Shown here: in pieces, positions 15,201 to 27,200 of the stretch
How the letters are laid out: every line of letters starts with the position of its first letter
How positions within the stretch are numbered: the first letter of the stretch is position 1
NCBI GenBank assembly: GCA_002633005.1
Contig: NMRA01000157.1
Span: 249,789 to 313,788 of the forward strand
Direction of reading: 5' to 3'
Length of the DNA: 64,000 nt
From: Phoronis australis
Lineage: Eukaryota > Animalia > Phoronida
Notes under the pieces: model-generated
The model's database searches: none
What the model was told of the DNA's origin: nothing
The model's input: only the letters and a program-made list of their open reading frames with translations
Made by a program: the position numbers and the translations under genes

Positions 15201-18200
15201 CATTAAAATGAGCAAAAGTGCAACCTCTCTAGTTACTGGGTATTTCTATCTGTAACCCACTCATGAATACTTGGCTAAACCTTGACTAAGAAATTGTGAT
15301 GCAGGAATGTAAGACAAAATTCTGTCTTAAGTAATAAGTCACTTTACATGAAGGGCTTGGAATGACCAATGACAGAAAACGCGGAAACTTTCACGGCCCA
15401 AATCATGTGCGCTACCCAGCCTTGAAATGGTCGATGTGAACCTTTCCCCGACAAAAAACAGGAGGACTAAAAAAAAGAAAAAAAAAAAAGAAAAAGAAAA
15501 AAAGAAAGAAAAAGAGAAAAAAGAAAAAGAAAAAAAAGAAAAAGAAAAAAGAAGAAAAAAACGTTACCACCATCAGTAGCATGCGTCAGCATCCTTTTAG
15601 CTCGCCCGTCCACTCCCAACACACACATTTTTGGCTGCAGAGCCGTAGTATTTGTCGCCGCGGTTTACAATAACACGAGACGCCATTGAAAATCCCACCA
15701 CGCTATCCCAGGTGCCCCGGCAATGTTGACAATTTACGTTCCTCCGAAACATAAAGAGCACCTTCCGCTTTTCAAGATGAATGTCGTCTGCAACGCCGCG
15801 GTAAGAAAGCAATTTGCCGCGGAAATTTTATGTCAAATCCGATTTTTTTTTTACGCGGAAATATAATAAAATGCATGGACAGAACATTTGAAAAAAGTGG
15901 AAATCCGCGTTTCCGCGGAAAATTCCAAGCCCTGTACATGAAACAGTCCCCAGGAGAAACCATCTTTCTTCTCACCTCAGGGAGCTGAAGAGGCTTTCCA
16001 GCTTGGCAGATGACTTGATATGAACAGTGTCATTGAGGTGGGCCTCCAAGTCACTGGCTAATGGGCATCTTGACCCTGAAACACAATTTACTCACCAGAC
16101 TATTTCCAAAAAGTATCATTGTTATGGTCAAAATTTACCACTGACACTAGAACACCAAAACTTTTTCCAACCTATTTTTCACTTTAACTATTATATGTAC
16201 TTCCCGACAAGTATGGCACACTGAGATACCAAATTACGTAAATCAAAAGTTTTCTCACCAAAGTACGGGCAGGACACCAGGTAAGTTCCTCTCTGAGAGT
16301 CGACCGAGAAGTGTAGATTTTCCGAGGGCAAGCATGGATAAACCAGAGGGCACTGAAGCACAGGTGGGATTTCCTGGTTCTTGATGACTACAAGATCAAT
16401 CCATATGGTGTAAGGAAACTCAGTAAAGACATAGTCTTGCACCAAGGTATGGACATGTCCATTATCAGGAAGGCATTACCAGGAACGGCCGTTTTGGGTA
16501 ATGCCTTCTGGCTATTATGCCCAACGACAGCTTCATTTAACATGGGAGGGTCACATAAAGCAGTCTAGATGTGAAACCTCAACCGTTGTGTTCACATATG
16601 ACTTTCATAATTAAGAAGCTTGTCAAGTTGGACTTGCCACTGAGGAGGCACTGTGGCCTGGTGTGATAGTTGCCCATTTTCTTTACTTGAGGTTGTTTGT
16701 TTGAGTCCCACTGGGTCAAACTGCTAAACCCTTGAGTCAGGTTTCTAGGTCCTCAGCTGAGTTTTAGCTATAAAAATGGCTCCAGGTGATCAGTGCAATG
16801 GGCCCACATGCGTGGCCTGCTGACCTGCCCAATAAACTTCACAGTTCAGGTATTACAGCGTAATTTAGTTAAAGCAAATATTATGCGGCAGTGGTCGACC
16901 CCCCTGGTTGCTGTAACTCTTACTGTTTACAAGTAACTTCAGCGGTCACGTGGGCTTTGCATACTTATTTCTAGCTATTGTTAGAAATTATCATTGTATT
17001 TCATGTTGACTGCGGCTGACTGTGTGTAGCAATTCTGGACGAGGAGTGAAATCAAGCAGACGTGTCCATGACTCTGGTATTCTTGCTTAACTTTTACTCG
17101 AAATAAGAATCAATCACGGAATTCATCGCTTCAGTTGCAAATAATAACTCAAAAGAGCGTTAATCAGAAAAGCATCACTGCGCTTCTTACTGGTGAAGTT
17201 AAGTTCCATGTGAGGATGTTAGTACTTTGTGATACAGCTGACTGACAGGAAGCGGCAAATAAACGTTAATTTCTCACCATCTCCGACAGCGTAAGACTTG
17301 ATGATGATCTCCAACTCCTTCAACTTCAACACACTCCGTACCTGAATAGTCTGTACCAACAGTTTCTCCAATGACAGTTGGTCGCTCTGTAAGTCACAGT
17401 GAGCATGAGTTACGTCGCGACACAAATAACAAATATCCTTATTTCTAAGTGCTTCTGCCCTCACAGTACGATCCAGCTGTACCATCTTGAATAAGCTTAC
17501 ACATTCCTACACATAGTACGTAAAAAACTTTACAGAAAACTTTTTTGTATAGAGACAAACCGAACATGATTCAGTAATTTAAGGTACAGTTAACAGCATA
17601 AGAGTGGTAAAAACTTCCTAAAACCCACGCAGCGGCACCTTCGAAAACCAAGATTCATGTTTTGGAGTGGAACCCTTTATTTTGTTTTCTAGTCTGGTGA
17701 ATTTTTGTTCCTGATAATAAATGATAAAACCATGGACTGAAAGGAGTTTACTGATTGCTTCAATGCATCCCTGCCTAAAGAGACTGGCTCGTTTTAAATG
17801 GATAGTTCCCACATGTCAATCAAGTTATAATTCCAGCCAATGAGTGCACAGGAACATTTAAACACTACAATTGCCCACCATCTTATATCTAAAAGATTCC
17901 ATGATAGCGAATACTAAAAGATGGTTTAAAGAAACCCCAAGGCATTTGAAATGCAGACCAGCCCTATAGGGAAAAAGAAACAACTATAGTGGGCGTGGCC
18001 TTCTTGCATTTGTCCGAACAACCCACAACTAATTGATCATGAATTCCTTGACCAGAGATACTTGACTGACACATTAATTATCAACGTTTTCCTTTACCTT
18101 GATAGCATGTGGAACCTGACTGGCCGCTGAGCCATGCAGAGGAGGCGAATGAGAAATCTGTAGCGGCTTAGTGCTACCCGTCTCGTTAGTGTGGACACTT

Positions 18201-21200
18201 AACTGGTAGTGGAGCATGGACGACTGGTTTCTAAATGGGACAAAGGTCAGGCAAAGTAGAACAAAGGTCAGACAATACAGTCTAAAGATAAGGAAACAAA
18301 GGACAAAAGCATTAAAACGTGTGGTGAAGAATGCGTGAAAGGATTCATTACTTTCAAAAAACATCAGCGTAACTAAACATAATAACTGGTGACAAAAATT
18401 TAAGCAAATATCATGCTTAATAGGTTTGTTGTGTTTATTTTTAGCTCGACTGTCTGTAATTCCAACTGCCTGATCATGGTGTTTAACACATATCTAAAAC
18501 ACATTCTGAACGATGACAACTTAGAACTTACCGCCAATATGACACGCCCAGACACGAGCCAGGCACATATCGGTCAATCACGATTCTGTCACCTAGTCGT
18601 TCTCGTATGAGACCCTGAGCCTGCAACAAAGTACAATCGCCGTAAAAGGTGTGCTGGAATACAGCGAATGTTGCAATATCCAAACCACGATCATTTGAGG
18701 TGCTCCTACACTGCAGTTCCTACCACTTACATCATTACATAACATAAATATAACACTCAGGATTACTTGTACTGCACGCTCCATCCAAGAAGTGAACTTT
18801 TGATTTCGATCACTTACTGAATACATTTAGCCTCAACTTGTTCCTGACAGTTGAAAACAAATTTCTGGCCTCGCACAGAACTGACAGCTCCTTATTCATA
18901 GAGACTATGCTAGTGGCCCAAAATAAACTGCGACAATCCAACTTTAAGAAGACAGCTGATGTATGACCCACTTCCCCGGGTCACAGCCCGCAGTTTGTTT
19001 CATTACCACCAAATTCCACAAGATATTCGTTAACTATACTGTACCTCCAAACGGAGGTTGGTGGAGACAGAAGTCCACCGCAATGGGACACAGCTCTCAG
19101 AGTCATATCTAAAATGGAAATGTGCCTCACCTGGGAGTGGAGGACCTCCAACTGCAGTGACTGACAGAACGTGTCTGAAGGTGTGTCAAGGAACAAACTA
19201 ACCCTAAAATGTGAAGAGCTTGGGGGAACCTCTACAAACACGCGCACTACACGATCTCGACTGTGTCTGACGTCATTTAGAGGGCATTGACTTATCTTTA
19301 AGGCAGTTGCATTACCTAGTCCAATTCAAGACATGAATATTTTGAAGCCATATTCAGTGACACCCGGAACATGAGCATTACACTCCCTTCTCATGACAAT
19401 TATTTCAGATCTTAAGCTGGGCAGAGCATTCAGAAAGCGCCAACAATGAATTGCAGCCATAAGCTGAACTGAGAGAAACATTCGAGCCAAATTAGGCAAC
19501 CGCAGCTTCAAAATCCAAAACAGAATGACATTTGGCATTGAAACACGCGATCCAACGCAGTAATACCAATATGCACCTGGGGTCCGTTTCACGAAAAGTG
19601 ACTCACACACAAAACAGAAATTTGGTCATATGCTTCCAAGGTAATGGTCTGATATAATGTGCCCAAGTTTTGAGAACCAGTTTTCTCCACTGAATAACGG
19701 GCACCAAACTGGTTCTCAAAATACGGGCACGTTATATCAGACGATTGCCTGCTCCCACTTTGAAACTTATGAATAAAAGCTTAGCCATTTAAGTATTAAC
19801 AAATCCCAAGCTAGAAAAAAATTATACAAAACATCTACGTAAAACATTCTCAGAGACGTTGCATTTTTGCTTAAGTGAGATTAACTATTTTCAGAAAACG
19901 CTGTGTGGAACATATTAAGAAACTTAAGACTTAAGTCATTTTTCATAAAACAGAGCCCTGGGTTTAGGTAATGTTGACCAAAATTGTTCAGTTAGAGAAC
20001 TTTATAATACACAGAGTCACATCAAGTGTGAGAGCTATTACAAAGGATACGTAAACAGTTGTAGACCTCTTGAAGTGGCTGGTCGCTGGCGAAGATCCGC
20101 GTCTGAATCAATTGGTGAATGTACTGCACCTGATGGACAAAAAGTGAAACACATTCAAGTAAGCAGAGTGGCTTCAGAATACAGGGTGGCTCAAAAAATG
20201 GAACTACTATAAAGAAAAAGCAACTTCCAACCATGTCGATGACTTCTTAAACACCCTGTACACTAATTAATGAAACGCATCTGTGAGTAACTAATTATTA
20301 ATAAAATTTCTTTCTAGACCCGCTATCACAAGGAAAATAACTTTACAAGGAATTGAAGACAGACCAGATACAAGAGATTTCATGGACTTTTTGAAATATT
20401 ATGCATATTTCACAGAACAAATAACAGATGAATATTGACATCACAACGCATAGCATAACCATATATTACAGATAGAGCATTATAGATCAGAACAGCGCTC
20501 TAACCAAATGGTCCAATATTTCTATTCAATTGAGTTAATGTGTATTGTGTAAACGTTCTAGGATTTACAAAGAATTTACTCGCTTATGACTAGCCAATAT
20601 GTTAGCTCAGAGCTGAAGATTCAACAAAATATTTATAGATTCTGTGAAATCAAAAATATTCCTGGAACGGGCAAAGTACTTAATGTCTTGTTGAGTGTGT
20701 CCGTGCCATAGTACTAAAATTTTGGTAACTTCTGATGGACACACTAACGGTCTTGTCTGCTTATACTACGCTACTCTTTGGCTCTCAGTAACAATGAAAA
20801 ATCAAGTCGCCTGCCATCATATGCTCATACATTTTGACGCGGTGACATTGAATTATAATTAGTAGTGTCGCCATGACAATGTACATGCGTACATAGTAAT
20901 CGACGTGCAATTCAAGTGCGATATGCACGACACTACATTTTACAATTTCAAAGTACAGACTGACAATCCTGTTTGACATTCAGAGTTGGTTTACTGGCTC
21001 ACTTATGACATGTCCATTGCACATTGTGATGTAAATATTCGGCTGTGATTAATTCTGTGCCTGATATGTCCTGATGAAGATATATGCGTAATACACTGAA
21101 CTGTTATTATTACTGTGAACACAAACCAAAGTGGTTCTAAATCAAACACAAATTCGCACCCAAAGTAATGTTTTTTAGACTTGGGACAGTAAGGACATTT

Positions 21201-24200
21201 TATTTTTGGTAATAATGGTTAACTAATCTTAATTGAAAAAAAAACATAGAAATAAAAAGGCTGTGCACGGTAGTCTAAATTAGATAGCAATCCAACTAAG
21301 ATGTTTGGGAATGTCATTTATTCCAACGTTACTTAAAAACAACTGCAAAATGAATCGGAGTATAATGATAGCAAAATAACACAAATTTTGTTTTCATGAC
21401 TCTAATTATAAGCTTCATGTAACTCACCTGCAGCGTGTGAACAAGTGGCTTGCCATCTGAAAGCAAAACAGCAAAGTGAAATGAAGTCAGTGTGACCTAA
21501 TGGTACATAGTTCTAATACAATGGAGCCTAACACTATATAGTTCTAATACAGTGGAGGCTAACAGTACATAGTTCTAATACAGTGGAGCCTAAAGTATAT
21601 AGAACTTTCTAATACAGAGGAGCCTAACAGTATATAGTTCTAATACAAAGGAGCCTAAAGTATTATAGAACTTTCTAATACAGAGGAGCCTAACAGTACA
21701 TAGTTCTAATACAAAGGAGCCTAAAGTATTATAGAACTTTCTAATACAGTGGAGCCTAACAGTTTATAGTTCTAATACAATGGAGCCTAACAGTACATAG
21801 TTCTCATATAGTGGAACCTAACAGTATATAGTTCTAATACCAGTATATTTACGTCATGCCTTCGTTTTCGACTTAAGTCATAATGTTCCATAAAGTGGGT
21901 TTTGACTAGGCAGTGGTAGTAACCACTCTTACAAGCTAATCATGTTAAGTGGAGAGTTTCAGAGTATGACAGGAAATAGCTGATTCTTACCTCTGGAGCC
22001 GATTTCCAATAAAACAATTAAGACTTGGTTTTCAGAAGAAAACGCGAAGGTAGATGGGCTAAAAATTGGGTCAGAATCAATTTTGCTGATGTTTTTCATT
22101 GAAAATATCTGGGAATATGACGATAAAACATGACATTATGTGGGTTATTTGGTTTAATGGGAAATGATTTGGGATTTTTACATTTCAGGACAACAACTGG
22201 GATATCTATTTTCCAGAATAACAGTAAGTGGACAGGCTCTGCTGTACCACTATCAAACACGCATTTAGAAATTTTGATTAGAGACACACACAATCAAATC
22301 AGACAGCGGATTCGATGCTCACAACTGTTAACAAAAGGTGTGGAATGCTATGACTAAAAGGATTCACAGATCAGCCATTTACTGCTTTGACTGTCATGCC
22401 CTTAAAATGGCTATAAACCTGTCTTCCATCACAAAAAACAATTAAAATATTTTGATTCACAGACCATTCACCATTTATGGCATAGGCATCAAATTTGAGA
22501 CGATTTCAGAAATGTGAAAAAACTGACTGTTCATTATTGCATGTGACCAGGCTCTATAACATGGCTTGTCACGGAGAGTCAGTTTATGCGCCAAGCACAG
22601 TCTCAACGAATAACAAACTGTCAATTCTTTTCAAACCCAGAAATCATTTCCCATCAAACTAAGAAGCACATCCCTGAGAACAGTAATTCAGCAGGAAGCA
22701 ATCGAAAACGAAACTTTGCTTATTGGACAGAATGCATTTTATAGCCACTTTAAGTGTAAATCGATTACAAATACTTCAAAAAAGAAAACAGTATATTTAC
22801 CTCCCGTCTCAGGGTCTTGTACCAAAATGTTGATCTCCAGGAGGCGCCACGGTATGTTGGGGCCTTCACCCATCAAGGTCAAGGTCACTTCAAACTCATG
22901 CTCAACGATAAAGCGAACCCTGCCATTTTCTGTGGAAACCAAGAAACAAGTTGTACGATTTGTTCGACGTAAAATAAAATTCAGCTGTCGAATTGTAATT
23001 GTGCAGCGACAAGCCAGCTCCACTTTTAATCAAAAAGTATCAACACCTACAAAATCTAGCAAAGGGTTCACAACCAGTTCAAACATCATCAACACGCCGA
23101 TTTTCCACATAACTTATCCATAAGGGGAAGTAAATCCAACATTTTTGGAAGTACTCACCACACCGATGGAGGTGATCTGCCAAAAGAGCAAAGCCATTTA
23201 TATTAAGTTTTTTAAAACGTGGAAAATACTGACAAACCCTTGGAAATTAAGTGTTGTCTTGAATCAAATTTTTGATTATTAATTAATCATTCACTTGAAA
23301 ATACAGTCTTCATGGGCTCTACACAATGTTGCTAAAATCACCAGCCATGCAAGAGCCAATGCCACTAAACAACTAATTCAATAACACCCGAACTCCATGA
23401 TCACGTACCCACAGTCAACCTCCTGAGCTGTGTGGGTAGATCTGTGCTGACCAGTCTGTTCTGAATGATTCGGTTCAGTTTCATAAGCGTGTCGCGCTTC
23501 TCAATGGCGCTGATTGGATCGGGTGGGACGATTTTCTCCTGAAACAACACATTCAACGTCTCAAATGACAAATTGTAGACAGAACGGAACCATTCAACTG
23601 ATGACATGTTTAGATCACTTCTGCAAGATTAATACAGAGACGGATTTTAATTTGGGGGGGAGGGGGGCAGGGCAGAGTATTAGCCAGGATTTTGAANNNN
23701 NNNNNNNNNNNNNNNNNNNNNNNNNNNNNNNNNNNNNNNNNNNNNNNNNNNNNNNNNNNNNNNNNNNNNNNNNNNNNNNNNNNNNNNNNNAGTCTCCCTT
23801 TCAGTAGAGTTTAGCAGGAAAAGAATGTTGTGGTATTTTTGTGCGTCACAGAGACGATGAACACAGCAGACTTAACGCGAGACAACACTTCCCATACCAC
23901 ACTCGGATAGAAAGTTTTGTTGTGACACGAGTCAAACTTTATGCATCACTCACACAACACAACACGAAAGTAAGACAGACAAAATACCTTTTACCAGTCA
24001 TGATGGGTAATTCTGTTCACAGCAAAAATGACTGATAATAACCATCAAGGCAGCGAAGTTCTAATTACAGAACGGCTTAATAGTCTTACAAACATTCCTG
24101 TTAATTATCCTTCATTCTATGGAATGAGGAAATGCTGCTCCGACAGTGGATTCAACTTTCACATAGCTGTCATAATGGGGATTTCTTGGTTATTTTGTCC

Positions 24201-27200
24201 GAATACTTTTGGCTTGCATGTGTGGTCAGAAAAACAGCAATTGACTACCAGTTCAGAACAGTTGAACAAAGACCAAAGTCCATGTTTAAACTGCAACTGA
24301 AGACCGTCTTGATGAAACACATAACGCAAAGCATCATGACTTAATGTCGCAGGACGGCGATAAGTATTTTTTAAAAACATTACAAAGCATGACACAGAAA
24401 AACAAAAAATACACAGAATCTCTCGTACCCTTATGCAAAGCGGAAGTCTAGGGTAGGAGCCGCTTGTCAGTACATCTATTGCACTGTGTATGGAGAACGA
24501 TGGTAATCTGCAAACAGAAAAGGCAAGTCTTCAATGAAAAGCGATTGACACAGGCCTTTATCCAGGATTTCGAAAATAGGGTGTCCAAAATGGGGTTCCC
24601 TATATTCCAGGGCATCCATGATTCCGACGCGTAACCCCCCACCCCCAGCAATCCCCCAAAATACACAGATTTTTTTTACAAAAAAATGCATAGACCAAGG
24701 TTTCTACATCTAAGTTTACAAAACAGCCTTTTGTAGTGAGCATTTTTACTAAAAAAACTGTGTAGACCAAAACTTTTACAATGCTATCAACCAAGTGTGA
24801 GCATAGCAACATTGTATATACTTTGTATATACATTGTATATTTCTTCCTTCTTTGAAAAAAGAGTCACCACTGTGAGTCTTCACAGGCTTCCTAGTAATC
24901 ACTACAATGTGTGTGTCCTAACTTGAAAGGTTCCTATTGACAGTGGGCTCCAAATGATACACTGGGCGTCCTTGCCAGGATGTCCATATTAGGGCTAGGG
25001 CGTCCATTTGGACGCCCAGGACGTACGCTGCATAAAGGCTTGGATTGACACCATAGCTACCCTTTCAAAACTCGCCTTTCTTGATAATTTGTCCACAGTT
25101 GAAACTTAACGTCACTTCCACATCCAGTGAATCAGTAAAGGAAACAGGTTTAAACCTCAATTCCATTGCTTTACCAAACAGTGCAAGTCGAGGATGCTGA
25201 ATGATCAGCTGACTCACATTAGCTGCTGCGTACTTGCACGCATCTTTTGAAGTTAGGACTGAACTAAAGTAATAAAAAACATGCTTTGGGAAAAACATGT
25301 TTTGGAAATTATCCGTGTCATGTTTAGAATATACACACATGAGCAAACATTTTGTTTTAACTTAAAACATCATCAATGGAAACGAAACACACCAGACAGG
25401 TGAACAGTCCAAAGAACAACTAATGCCTTATTGGCATGTTTTGTTTCCATTGATGGATGTTTTTGCGTAATTTAAAAAAACATGGAAGTGTGTATGTCAA
25501 GGACAGAAACAGACACTCGAACGTGGTCAGCGCCACGTGAAGAAAAACACAATAGCGAGACATCTAAGAATCGTGGCCTCACAAATACACCTCACTGTTA
25601 GCGGCACAAAGGCGTGCATGCATACATATTTCTGATATTAGCTTACCTTGCGTGCACCAATGTCTCCCTAGCAGTGCGAGCAAGCACATCTGCAGTGTCA
25701 ACAAACAGCATAGCTTGCTGATCCAGAAACTGTGAAATAGCCTAGGAAGACGATCAACAATGTTACAGCCTAGTAGAAGACCACAAAGATCCTATTAAGA
25801 AATAGCCTAGGACGAATCAAGGTTAGAGACTGGTTACAGTTCTCAATAATCCTACTGTAAAATATGACGAGAAGATGACCAAAAACGCTAGAGATTAGTC
25901 GAAATTTACAAAGAACCTAGTAATTACCCAATGACGGAATGTTTTACACTCGGTCATGAGCGAAGGTAACTCTGACCAAGAATCCCTCTGCCCCGCAGTC
26001 ATGACACGGATCTCNNNNNNNNNNNNNNNNNNNNNNNNNNNNNNNNNNNNNNNNNNNNNNNNNNNNNNNNNNNNNNNNNNNNNNNNNNNNNNNNNNNNNN
26101 NNNNNNNNNNNNNNNNNNNNNNNNNNNNNNNNNNNNNNNNNNNNNNNNNNNNNNNNNNNNNNNNNNNNNNNNNNNNNNNNNNNNNNNNNNNNNNNNNNNN
26201 NNNNNNNNNNNNNNNNNNNNNNNNNNNNNNNNNNNNNNNNNNNNNNNNNNNNNNNNNNNNNNNNNNNNNNNNNNNNNNNNNNNNNNNNNNNNNNNNNNNN
26301 NNNNNNNNNNNNNNNNNNNNNNNNNNNNNNNNNNNNNNNNNNNNNNNNNNNNNNNNNNNNNNNNNNNNNNNNNNNNNNNNNNNNNNNNNNNNNNNNNNNN
26401 NNNNNNNNNNNNNNNNNNNNNNNNNNNNNNNNNNNNNNNNNNNNNNNNNNNNNNNNNNNNNNNNNNNNNNNNNNNNNNNNNNNNNNNNNNNNNNNNNNNN
26501 NNNNNNNNNNNNNNNNNNNNNNNNTGGACGCCCAGGACGTACGCTGCATAAAGGCTTGGATTGACACCATAGCTACCCTTTCAAAACTCGCCTTTCTTGA
26601 TAAATTGTCCACAGTTGAAACTTAACGTCACTTCCACATCCAGTGAATCAGTAAAGGAAACAGGTTTAAACCTCAATTCCATTGCTTTACCAAACAAGCT
26701 AGTGCAAGTCGAGGATGCTGAATGATCAGCTGACTCGCATTAGCTGCTGCGTACTTGCACGCATCTTTTGAAGTTAGGACTGAACTAAAGTAATAAAAAA
26801 CATGCTTTGGGAAAAACATGTTTTGGAAATTATCCGTGTCTTGTTTAGAATATACACACATGAGCAAACATTTTGTTTTAACTTAAAACATCATCAATGG
26901 AAACGAAACACACCAGACAGGTGAACAGTCCAAACAACAACTAATGCCTTATTGGCATGTTTTGTTTCCATTGATGGATGTTTTTGCGTAATTTAAAAAA
27001 ACATGGAAGTGTGTATGTCAAGGATAGAAACAGACACTCGAATGTGGTCAGCGCCACGTGAAGAAAAACACAATAGCGAGACATCTAAGAATCATGGCCT
27101 CACAAATACACCTCACTGTTAGCGGCACAAAGGCGTGCATGCATACATATTTCTGATATTAGCTTACCTCGCGTGCACCAATGTCTCCCTAGCAGTGCGA

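Noticed and set aside
16647-16800. SINE head with A/B-box-like motifs
   Set aside because: Boxes are too degenerate, with no second copy or target duplication in the window.
21496-21840. CRISPR-like regular repeats (also 51231-51500)
   Set aside because: Head-to-tail units with no unique spacers, inside eukaryotic introns, with no cas genes.
25944-26612. Long ORFs of 202 and 222 aa in the track
   Set aside because: They are read-through of the N gap.
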